DNA of 63,798 nucleotides, counting the filler, from Intoshia linei (taxonomy: Eukaryota; Animalia; Orthonectida): NCBI GenBank assembly GCA_001642005.1. It is 7 parts of 7 records of this genome, joined end to end, with 100 filler letters (N's around TTAATTAATTAA, not from the genome) between each part and the next. Parts side by side here need not be neighbours in the genome. Positions count along the whole stretch, not along the records: positions 31,059 to 42,940 come from LWCA01001143.1; positions 43,041 to 48,266 come from LWCA01001811.1; positions 48,367 to 58,391 come from LWCA01001315.1; 4 more parts are not named here. The stretch is one strand, 5' to 3'. The position numbers were made by a program, and so were the translations under genes. This document shows positions 37,158 to 49,264 of the stretch, piece by piece. How positions within the stretch are numbered: position 1 is the first letter of the stretch; each line of letters starts with the position of its first letter. The notes beneath the pieces are model-generated. The model was not told the origin of the DNA. It did not search any database and saw only the letters and a program-made list of their open reading frames with translations.

Positions 37158-40042
37158 GTTATTTATATTATTTATTAGATGTGGTCTTTTTCTAATTTAA
37201 TTTTGTGGTCGTACAGATTAAAACAGTGCTTATTGTTAACTTTATCAATAAAATCAACGATTGGTACAGTTGAAACTTGATTAAGTTGGCGCTATATTCA
37301 TAAACGTTGTGACTATGAATCATTATTATGATTATAAACACAAATATTCATAAATTGTAAAACAAAAGAATATTTAGCTCATTTTTAAAATAGTGCTAAT
37401 TACACGAATCAACAATTTTGTTGATGTAATTATATACGATAATATTTATTCATATTTAATTATCATTTCACTGTTTATATTTAAAGTACAACATTAATTT
37501 GTTTCATTCAAAATATATTTAAGTAAATTCATTTAATTCTGTTATAAGAAACTAAAAATGCGCAATAAACATGATATTGAAGACAGATTAACGAACAATT
37601 GATGAAAATACTCGAAAATTTAGAACATTAAAAATGTGAGAAATGGAAAAAACAATGTCAATGCAATCAAATTATGGATTTAAAGTAATATTAAAATAAT
37701 CATTAATGGATAACAACATAATATAAAATCTATTAATAATATTTTTGTTTTTAAATATTTATACATTTGTGATTGTAAGATTCATTTTTACTAAGATGAG
37801 CTATTTAATTTATATAATAAACTGGAAACATGTTATATCTGTAATAATGTATAAAATGTTATAATTGTATATATCATTTTATAAATGTCACGTAAATCTG
37901 ACGCTTAAATTATTAAAAATTTTGTGTGGGATAATTTCTTATGTGGAAAGTAGATAATTTATTTAATAAATTACACTTAAATACTTACACTTGCTAAAAT
38001 AATAATTATAAATAAACAATGCAAGCATTTAGTACTTATTATTATTAATTAAACTTGACATTATACAAACGTAGCACATTTAAATATATGCATGCATTTC
38101 TATATTTATCAAATAGATTCAACAACAAAATGATTCGAAGAAGACAAGATCTAAGCCAAAATTGTGACGAAGCCACGATCAGTTTTTTAATAAAGGTAAA
38201 TTTAAAAAATAGTAAATAATATTAAGTATTGGTCCGAAATGACATTAAACTATTTTCTTTTGCTGTTTTCGCTTCTGGGTGTTTTTTATTTACCAGATTT
38301 TTAACAGAAAAAAAACAAATAAGTAAAATTATATCTGTATAATCATGGGATATATATTACGGATTGGAGTTAATATTATCATTTTAGTCAATGAGTATAG
38401 TGTAAAAACTACATTAGACAATCTGCTCGTTTCATAATTTTTTTGAATAATTGAGGTAAATAATGCAAATTAGACATAGTATTAAATCCATAATTATATT
38501 TCAATATTGGGTTAAATGTCAAATTTTAGACAAAAAATTAAAGTATCAATAGAATTTTAATTTCTTCTATTTCTCTCCTTTCCTGCTACTATTATGTCCT
38601 GTCTCGGTGCGCTCTAACGTTAATGTTTGTATGCTGAGATCGCCTACTTGATTTTATTATACTGTGTAAAAATGTTCAACGATTGTTGTTTTTAAAATTA
38701 AACATTTTTTAATAATGATATACAAATTTGCGCCTCGTAGGAATGATCCAACTAAAATGATAATATTAATGTTTCTTCGACTAACATTTTTGTAAATTGG
38801 TTGGTTGAATTCAACCTCCTCTTGCTAATTCACATGTCCGAAAAGACGTTAAACTATCTTCACTGTGAAAATGTTATTCTTAATAATGACTAATATTAAT
38901 TATGTTCTTTACACATTCAGTCTCTAGACCCCTCATAACTTCCACGTCAATTGACAATTTGATACTAACTATCATTTGATCTATCTTTGAACTATCATAT
39001 TCACTTGAATTGTATGGCTCTATCATTTTGATTAATTTTACTTCATATTAGTCATTCGAATGTTTGAAACAAATTAGTTTACCAAAGCTTTTTTGGTATC
39101 TTTTATTTCTATTCCAGCCTTATTCCTACTGCATGCCCAATAATTATTTTATTGCAATAATCTTAATGTAAAGCATTATATCTGAAACGTGTACATCTTT
39201 GGTTAATAAACGATTTGAAGGTTTGATAATTATATGCACGTTTCAATCACCTCAAAACACTGATTTATGACTTTTATATGATGATACTGGTATTGGTTTT
39301 TTCCAATAACAAGAAGTTTTCTTTTGGCAGTACTACTAGCATACCATTCACATAACCAATACACCTAGGCATAGTATTAACTCCACACTGAACGCCATTA
39401 CTCATATTTAAATCAAGTTTCTTCAACACGTATATTCTTATTGACCATATTAGGTCTAAATAATTAGTTTACCAAAGCTTTTTTAGCATCTTTTATTTCT
39501 GTCCCAGTCTTATTTGTACACCTGCCGGTTAACATTACCATTATCAGATAATGATTTTTTAATTTATTGAGTATTGGATGCAGTTTATTGTTATCATATT
39601 ATCTGCGCTTCCATACATTACATCCATTTCGTACGAATGATCCAACCAAAATATGGATATGAATGATAATGCTTCTTGTCTTAATTTACCCGGAACAAAT
39701 TTCAAATTTAATGACAAATAATTATTTACCAAAGCTTTATGGGTGTTTCTTATTTGTCTCCCGGCTTTTATGCGCATCATTATAGTTGCTTCATTGTATT
39801 AATTTTTTCTATTAATATATACATTTACTTATATTATTTTAAAATTGTACTTTTGTTTTTATTATATTATTTAGACGGAAATTTCAAGAATCAACCATTA
39901 AACAAGCAATATTATTAACAGTATTTTAATTAGTAACTGTAAAAAAAATTAAATATTTAACTATATTTTGTCAATATCAATTCAAAATTCAATATCATGC
40001 CAATCAATGCTGATATATTATAGATATATTAAATTAAAATTT

Positions 40043-40803
40043 AGAAAGACTTTAGATTTTCAACATAAAATTGTCAGTATACACATTAAACTATCAGTAA
40101 TAGAAAGTATTTTGTCAGTATTCAATTAAATATTTGTCAGTTTTTAATTGCTTTCTTGTCAGTACATAATTGCATTTTTGTCAGTAAATATATTAACTAG
40201 ATCAGTATTCATCGAAAATTGTAAGTAACTCAACAAAAAAGTATATAGAAATAAACACATTTTATAAAATAATATTTTGTCAGTAAAAAAATTGAATTGT
40301 AAGTTTGATGATTTTGGAGTGTCAGTATAAAAATTAAAAATCTACTTTTTGAAAATTAAATGTAATTATGTCAATCCCTTTAATCTTTTTTATATCTCTC
40401 TTGTCTTTATTATTATCCTCGTGAGGTTAATCTTATCAAATACTTTACATAATAATATCATCCACTACACACCCAAGTTAAAACTCAAATATATAGATAC
40501 CATATTATACCTACAAACCAAATTACAAAAAAATTAGAAATATTCTATAGTGTTCACACCAGAGAATATTTTTTTATGAGAACAAATTGTTAATTAATTG
40601 TGTCAATATTTTAGGTGCATTTACTGACAAAATATTTTTTTTACTGCCCTTCCAATTTAAATACTGACAATTATTTATACTGACACCTAAAATACTGACA
40701 AACCATCTACAATACTGAAAAATCAATGTTTCTACCGACAAATCATCACCAATACTGACAAATCAAAAAGAAAAATACTGACACAATAAATGCACGCCTT
40801 TCT
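40043..40803. mobile_element. Foldback-family element with type B arms (GTCAGT / ACTGAC subrepeats)
   Basis: tgtcagta units at 40072-40330, inverted tactgaca units at 40620-40785; core 40456-40587 matches 3878-4010; ends AGAAAGAC / GCCTTTCT. Confidence 0.7.
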
Positions 40804-41130
40804 TTAATTTATTAGACAGAATGTGTGTAATATTAAAAATAAAGTAAAAACAGTCCAATCCTAAAAATTTTCATAAATTCCAGAAAATTATTAATGATTA
40901 TCTGAATCTTCACTTTATAAATATTTCAGTCGAATTTTACCATTATTGCAAAAGATTGTAATATAAAAATGATATTAACAAAGTTTTTTATTTTCGTTGT
41001 TTAGTTTCTTATGAATGTTTATAAATTTGTTTTCAAAATAAAAATTTGAAATTTAAAAATTGCGTAGCAATGAAAAAAATTCCGAAGGAATGAATTATGC
41101 AGATTTTGACCCATATGTCTTTACTGGAAA

Positions 41131-42850
41131 TGTGTATTTGGTATTCACGTTTAATTTAAATAACAATCAATATCAATGTAACTATATTCTCTATATTTAT
41201 ATTAACGATAATACATTCCTCCCTTGGTAGTTGAGAATTAAAGGTTATTCCAAAATATAATCATTCCCAAATCGAATAGGCAACTTGGCATTACGTTTTG
41301 GTCTTTCACTTGGTACTGTGGATTTAACTGTATCTTCACCAATCATTTCAGTCTGATCAATTACATCGTCCAATATAGAGTTGGGGACTTTATCTGCTTT
41401 ATATCTGCATAATCGAGAACCGTTCCATACAGACGAGTCTTCTAATCTATATGTTGTTCGGAAAAATAATATATGAATACTAAAATGCTTTTTTGACCGT
41501 GAAGTCGTCACTTATTCATATTGATTTTTTTATGTGTGTTAACAGGATACAACTGTAACACCTGTAAATTTTTTGAAATTCTAGGGCTGTTTTAAAAAAA
41601 GCAAGGGGAATTTGGGTTTTGGCCCTGAAAATATAATTGTTTTAAATTTAAATTTATGATTTTAAAATCCGCATCAGCGTATATATTTTTTTAAATTCTC
41701 CAACTCGTTTGATTTTCAAAAGGAGAGACAACTGGAGTTTTTGACCCGTAAGATGTGAAATTGGGAGGTTGAAATTTATCTTATTATATCCCGGAAAAAA
41801 CTGTAATTGAAATGTGGTCTTTAAAAAATTCTAATTCGAATTTTAGAAATTAATAAAATACACCCCCGTACGACATGAGAAATGCCTTCTAAATTAACAC
41901 CATAATTTTTGTTTCACATATAATGACAAAAACACAGGCCCACTTTCACATTTAAATAATACCCTTTTGCAAATAGAATTAATATTTATTAATTATATCT
42001 ATGGTATCTGTAACTAAATCATCGTCAATGTACTTAAGTGACGCTCTATCTCGTAACATTTAGACTCAATTAACATTTAATATCATTTAACTCGATGAAT
42101 GGCTCGTTCGGCGACCTCATTGGTCATGGCTACATTTAAAAAAGGAATTAAAGTATAAGCGTGTCTTTTCAAAAAGCATAAGCAACCATTACACCTTTGT
42201 GGCAAAATACAAGATGGAACTCTTGTCACGACTGAATAGAGGGACTGTTATTATGAAGCAATGTTTTCGTATACGGTAGCATTCAACCAACAATGAACGA
42301 ATGTGTCTGCAATAAATGTGCAACACTCTTCCAACCCTGTTTGCCGAATACCTATTGTAAATATTGTATAATAAATTATAATAATTACCTAAAATCAATG
42401 CTTACAACGCTTTTATAGCTTTCGAATTCCATCGAGCATTGCTTAATGATCTCAATTTAAGCAACTTAACTTTAGGTCATGCTTCCTAATTTCGCATCCA
42501 TGTATAGCCGTAATAATCGATCTAGTATGTGTCGCTGACATCCAAAATATGAAATACTTCTAATAACATTTTTTTGTAATTTTGAAATTATCCCATTACG
42601 CCCCGTATTTACAGAACATGTGTCAAATATTACCATCTTAATATTATCTTGAATGGAATATCTTTCAATTATTTTTTTTATAGCTTAATAAATAGTTTCT
42701 GTTTTACCGTTTGGTAGATATGCAACTCCAATTGGTAATCCTATTTTCATGTTTTCGGATTCAAAGCATACTACTTGCATTTCCATTCCATCCAACCATT
42801 TTAATGTAAATAATATTAATCAGAATCCAAGTATTCATTTTCCGGTTTAA
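41131..42850 (-). mobile_element. Ty3/gypsy relic: degraded integrase region, PPT and short 3' LTR, interrupted by a Helitron-family fragment at ~41530-41860
   Basis: pol tail RPKRNAKLPIRFGNDYILE*, then purine tract AAGGGAGGAA abutting TG at 41215; TG..CA segment to 41131 containing ATTAAA; decayed coding-like DNA at 42060-42850. Confidence 0.6.
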
Positions 42851-43896
42851 TTATTAATAATCCGCAAATATTTTATGTATTATATTTTAACAATATATAA
42901 GTTGAATTAATAATAAATTGAGATTTATGAAAACTGTTTCNNNNNNNNNNNNNNNNNNNNNNNNNNNNNNNNNNNNNNNNNNNNTTAATTAATTAANNNN
43001 NNNNNNNNNNNNNNNNNNNNNNNNNNNNNNNNNNNNNNNNTTTTCAATGTGAGATGTACAATGTCCCATACCATTCTCGATTTGAATTTTATACTATTCT
43101 TCGTCTTTTTTGTGATTGTTGTGCGAGTAATCTTTCATATCAAACTTTTCTGTTGAATTTGTTAAAAATTCTTGACTTTTCTTTGTATTAGGATGTCGCT
43201 TAAAACCATCATAATCAGTCACGATTTTTGAAAATTTTCGTTTTATGCTAGTCACATAACAATAAATTTGTCACTTCTTGTGCTATGCGTAACATGGTAT
43301 TCGATCTGGAGCATTCTATAACCGCAAGGTATCTTCCAATAATAGATTTAATGTTTGGAACTCGTATTAGTTTTTCAATGTTTCCCATCCAATCGAGGAA
43401 AATCAAAACATCTCTTAGTCTTTATCTTTATATTACCGGAACGCTCTTTCTGGCTTTTAGTTGTAGTATTAGAAACATTAGGAGATTTCCCATATCGTCG
43501 TATAAAAATTTTGTTTTTGGGGTATATTCCGGCAAAATTTTTCAAAATAGTGCTTATATGTTCGAAACTACTGTTTTAATGAATTCTTGATATTATTTTA
43601 TATTAATATTATATATTAGGGAAAAATTTCAATGTTGAGTGGCCGGGTCCAAACTCAACCAATTTGAATTATTTTTTCAGGAAAGTGATCACCATCACCA
43701 ATAATCCTGATAGTGAAAAATACTTTTTGATCTTTGAAAAAACTATGCAAAAGTGATTAATTTAAACAATATAAACTTTAACGATCCAATTACAATATTA
43801 CGCCTTGACAATTATTTTTTTAAGGGAACATTCCTAACATTTCCACTGACAGATTCAGGAATGCCAGAATTAAACGATAACTTAATGGATCTAATC

Positions 43897-44250
43897 CAGT
43901 GTTTCCCAACCTTTTTTTATGCTAGGCTCCACTTTTACTCTTAAAAAAATCCCAGGCCCCACTGAAAAAAATTTGGAGCGAATTATAATAAAATAATGAT
44001 AAAAACTTAATTAATAATTAATATTAGGTACTAATGTTGTAAGCTTTAATCGTAGATCTCCCCTTGTTGAAATTTGTAGTCTATTTATTTTTTTGTCATT
44101 AAGTCCAAAACTACACTAAACCTGCATTCTGCTAAATAAGAGGATGGAAATGGCAACAAAGCAATCCTAGCAAAAGTAGTTAAAGTCGGATAATTTTACG
44201 AATTTGCAAGTTTGGCATTTTACATATACTCATCAATTTAGTTAAATTCC
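43897..44250 (-). mobile_element. Second copy of the Charlie/Buster-type hAT 3' end
   Basis: CAGTGTTTCCCAAC terminus; 44020-44245 is the reverse complement of 14487-14700. Confidence 0.85.
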
Positions 44251-45704
44251 TATTTCCTATTCCTATTTACTAGGAAACTTAAATACAGCATAATATGCTG
44301 TATATGTAATACGACCTGGCTACACTTTCTACTAGTCATATTCAGGAATGCTAAAAAAGTTCTGATTTTTCATCTAGTGTTATAGTTATAATCAAATTAA
44401 AAAGTCTAAAATAAATTTGATGAAGTGGGTCTATTTAAATTATATCTCTACCTTCCTAAATATTTCAATAACCTGATAAAATTAATAATTAAGATAATAG
44501 TTATATTTGGTTCTACATTGGTAGACAAGCAATTATACTCAACTATGATATTTACGAAAAAAAATTATAGAAACCCATTAACCCATTAAATAAATGTAAA
44601 ACGGGGAATAAATAAAGCATTTCTTCCTGATATTAACAACTAGTTTCCAGTTGATTGTTAAAATCAGTGGTTCTCGGACGTTTTTACAGTCAACCACTTG
44701 TAAAATAAAAATTCGCGGTACCTTCATAAACTATGATGCCTACCACTTTAGTAGGCTAATATTGAAAAAATAGTTGTTTTGAATTAATTATTAAAAAATT
44801 ATAGAATTTATGAAAAAATCTTTTGATGGTTCCAAGAGCGTACATTTATTTAATTATGTTAGTTATTGTATATTGAATTTATGAAGTCTATTATTATTTG
44901 GTTTGACGCATTTTTACTTTCGCTTTGACATCATAAGATATTAGCATAATTGGTTCCAATTTCTGTCCATCTCTTCATATAAACCATAAAGTATTAACTG
45001 ATTGTATATTTACATAACTTGATATAATACCAACAACATTGTTCACCTCAATAATTTAATGGAAATTGAAGTCGATATATTATTTTAATAGACAAGTAGG
45101 AAGTGTAGTTTTCAAATGTGAAGTATATATTATAATTTGCAATTGCATTAATAGTACTTCTAATATTGATGTAAATATACATTTTAGTGTTTGTATTGAA
45201 TGGGAGCAATCACATACCTTCATATGCAAAACTATCTTGTTTAACTTGCAACATTATGTACTTTAGATAGCATTGAATATTTATTTTGCATTTTATTTGT
45301 CACTGGTTGAATACATTTTAGCTAGACATACAATAAGTTGTAATTTATTGTATTTTTTTAGATAAATATCTTGGATTCTATCAAAACTTTTAATAAAATG
45401 AGACCATACAATATAGCAATTAAATTATAATATTATTTAATTATATATATAATGATTTTACAATTCAAGCCTTTTCTGTATAACCAAGTTTGAACCATTT
45501 ATGTGGCAAAATTTTACAGTGTGTGTACTATGGAATAATATTTTATGATATAATATGATATAATATCCGAATTACATATAATTTAATATAATCAATAATT
45601 ATCCTATATTCACTTTTGATTGCATACATTTAAAGTAGATATTTTAAAAATTAAAATAAAATTTTAAAAATTAAAATAAAATTTTAAAAATATTTTTATA
45701 AATA

Positions 45705-47163
45705 ATGATTATAATACAGTTAACACTACTACTTAATTTATATTTTGCTCAAAATCAAAGAAACCCAGTGAAATATTATTTAAGAAAAAAACGTTTCGAA
45801 AATTATAATAATTTCAGTAATTATACTCACGGCTTAAAAAAACTTGAATTACATCAAGATCATTTTATGAACATGTCGACACAGAATAAAGAAAAAAAAC
45901 TTGATATTAATGAATTTTTAAACAAAATTGATGAATATGGAAAAAATCATTCCAATTGCATTCCAGGAGTTGAACTTAAGCTTGGATCGGGAGTTATGTA
46001 ATTTTATGCATTTTTTATTGGATTTAATTAATCAGCTATTAAAAGTAGATAGATTTGATATACATTAATGATTTTTTTATACAACTGTATTGTATTAAAT
46101 TCTGTATTCGAAAGTTTATATACATTTATAGAGACAAATTTGCCAAAATGCAATATAAAAAACAAGCTGAAAACGCCGTAAATTTTGCAAAATATCTGAC
46201 AATACTATGGAAGCTTAAAGAAATTTCATCTCAAGATAAATATCGACAAGCTGAAGAATTGGTTTCACCACACGCATTGGTAATATTATAAAAAAATGAC
46301 TTGATTAAATTTAATTCGGTTGGCACTATATTTTTTGAATCATGTTGATCATGTTACAAATTGGACTGTACTTACGACTATGAAAATTTAATCAAACTAA
46401 CTAAATGTCAAATCGATAATTATAATTATTCTTAAATAATTAGATGCGATATTTTTTTACACGAAAATGAGCATGGGTAATATCCATTGCCCATAAATGC
46501 TTTTTGATTCAGGCGCAATATAACCTAATATTGGTACCTGTTCTATATTATAAAGTCTAAATATGAGCTAATGCATGAATAATTGATTTAATTTTTTTTC
46601 AACTATATAAAATACATGTATTTATGTATACATGTATGTATGTTAAAATAACGAACTTAATAATAACTTATCTTACTGATATAAATTAAAATCCAATATA
46701 TTAAATCTTACTTACTCTAATAAAATAATTGGGTTTTTGGAGATTTATACCATTTCACTATCAATATGATAATAATTACAACCGATGAAATAGTAACTAA
46801 ATTCAATGTGAAAACATTTTTCAAGACGGTTGTAATTATTATCATATCGATAGTGAAATGGTATGTGTAAATGAGAAATCTAACATACATGTAAATAATA
46901 AAAGATAATAGCTGCACTTTTGCAGCCCAGTTAACTATACTCGTAATGTTCATTCTAGTATTCAATGGTATTATTCATAGTACTATCAAATGAAGACATA
47001 TTTGCAGCAGGAAATTGTTACGATTATAAAGAATATCCAAACAAAACTTCTTTCTGTCCATATGCTCATCGTCATAAATATATTATTAATAATACAAAAA
47101 ATGAATTTAAAGAAAAGGAACAAATTTTAGTCAAAAACTTGTCAGATGAATATGAATACCTGG
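45705..47163 (+). CDS. GPR158/GPR179-related (CG31760-like) GPCR, ectodomain exons only
   Basis: Signal-peptide-like start; exons 45705-45997, 46131-46279, 46959-47163 give NCIPGVELKLGSGVIDKFA..QAENAVNFAKYLTILWK..EDIFAAGNCYDYKEY..FCPYAHR..ILVKNLSDEYEYLG. Confidence 0.8.
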
Positions 47164-47675
47164 GTATGAATTTCATAATAAAATAGATATTATATCTGGA
47201 TTTTTTTAAAATTAGAAAATGTCAAGTAGATGGTATATAATTTTTTAGTCATAATTGTTATAATTCGTGCTGATTACTTTTTCATTAATTAAAAAAGTTG
47301 TTTGAGGATAAAAGTGACGAAGTATTAGCATAAACCACAATGTCATAAAAATTGGTATAATTTGTACCAAATAGGAATGGGCTACGATTACAACCGACCC
47401 GTTAACAGTTTAAAGCAGTCGTTCCCGATTTAAATAGTTCAAATAGTGACCCTTTATTTTGAATGGTAGATAAGAGTATCATTAATATCAAGGCTATTAA
47501 ATAATGGTAAAATTATTTAAGAAAATTTTACTGAATGTATTATTGTAAAAAAAAAGTTTAGAAAATCGTATGTTATCTATAGCTGAACATTAGATTTGGA
47601 AATTTACACTCAATGTAATATAGACAAAAAGACTTGATTGTAAATGTGAAGGTGTACTATTCAAATTATAGGTGA

Positions 47676-48075
47676 CTAGCTTGACTGCTATGTACCAACA
47701 GCACCTAGTTCTGCCGAGAACACATTTTTATTATACCAAAAAAATAAATTCATGTTGAAAATCTAACTTAAAAATCCACTATTCATTATTATCAATCCTC
47801 TAAAGGAGTGGTTCTCAAATTTGTTTCAGGTGGAATTATCATATCACATTAATTTTTACTTTAAAGTGAATTATTCCATCTTAATTTTTTGTTTGTTAAC
47901 ATTTGCGTAAAAGAATTTTAAAAACAATTTTTTATCCCATTTTTTTAATTTATTAGACGTAATGTGTGTATAATATTAAAAATAAAGTAAAAACAGTCCA
48001 ATCCTAAAAATTGTCATAAATAGCAGAAATTTCAGAAAAAATAAAATTTGTAAAAACCTATTTTGCCATTTTCAA
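47676..48075 (-). mobile_element. Helitron-like copy 4
   Basis: a|ctagcttgactgctatgtac terminus reads CTAG|T on the minus strand; near-identical to copy 3. Confidence 0.7.
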
Positions 48076-48087
48076 TGTGATGGCATA

Positions 48088-48266
48088 CAGTGCCGGTCAA
48101 AAGTCTTGGACCCCCAACTGAATAATAGATTTTGTTGGATAGCACAAAAACTAGTAAATTGTTTTTAGAAATTTAAAAACCATTATGTAAACAAATAAAT
48201 ATTCTATTGAAACATATTAGGTCATTCACAAAGTAATGTCGTTTTTATAACTATAATTAAAACTTC
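48088..48266. mobile_element. Tc1-like element end, truncated by a gap
   Basis: TA|CAGTGCCGGTCAAAAGTCTTGGAC, a typical Tc1 TIR. Confidence 0.7.
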
Positions 48267-48486
48267 NNNNNNNNNNNNNNNNNNNNNNNNNNNNNNNNNN
48301 NNNNNNNNNNTTAATTAATTAANNNNNNNNNNNNNNNNNNNNNNNNNNNNNNNNNNNNNNNNNNNNAGTGAAGATCACTTTATGATTTTGTTTATTTGAT
48401 TGTTTGAAATTTTGAAAAATAAATTTTATCGAATTTAATTTTCACGGTTTAACTGAACCCTTTAAGATAAACCGACTTGCATTACA

Positions 48487-48650
48487 GGTAAAACCGGATT
48501 TTTTCCTTAAAGATTGGTAAAACTGAAATTTTTCCGTTAAAGGTTGGTAAAACTGGATTTTTCCTTTAAGGGTTGTTAAAATTGAATTTTTCTTGTTAGT
48601 GTTGGTAAATTTTGATTTTTAGTATAAATGGTTGGATTTAAATAGACACC
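48487..48650. mobile_element. Foldback-family type A right arm
   Basis: Near-identical to 4140-4303, ending AGACACCC. Confidence 0.8.
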
Positions 48651-49264
48651 CTATAAAATATAGGGTAAAAGATATATAAAAAATTAAAAATGTCAAAATT
48701 ATTTACTTTAAATTAATTAAAGATTCAAGATTTGAAATGTGTTCAATTTGATTATCATAGAGATCTAAATGAGTCAAAGATTTTCCAAATTCAGCAAAAT
48801 TTGGTTCAATAAACTTGAACAAATTTTGTCTCAGATACATGGTCTAAAATTGTTGTAAATTTGTAAATTTTCTGAATTTAATTTTTTATACTTTACATTA
48901 ATTTTTTCTAGTTTGCTTATTCCATCCAATTGACTAATTTGACAATGTGTCAAATCAATTTCCTACAATTATATATTTTCATTAGATGACAAATCATCAA
49001 TACCTGTTCAATTGCGTCCTCTTTAGTAAAATAGTAAGTATCATTATTTCTTTCATTATTTTCTTGCTTGTCCATTTCTGCTTCTTTTATATTTTCTTCA
49101 TCTTTGTCAATCATTTCACAATGTACTTTTAGTTTTTTATTGAAAATGTTTATTTTGTTAGATACATGTGTATTTGACAAATTTTCTATTAAAAATTTTG
49201 TAACATGGTAAATATAAACAAATTTATCATTATTTTATAATTATAATTTTTTAAATATTAAAAT

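Noticed and set aside
39340-39430. PIF1-helicase-like LKKLDLNMSNG fragment
   Set aside because: Single weak motif with no other helicase motifs nearby.
48930-49180. SVOP/SV2-like start (FTKEDAIEQ|SIGWNKQ)
   Set aside because: No downstream transmembrane exons and an early stop; too weak to call.
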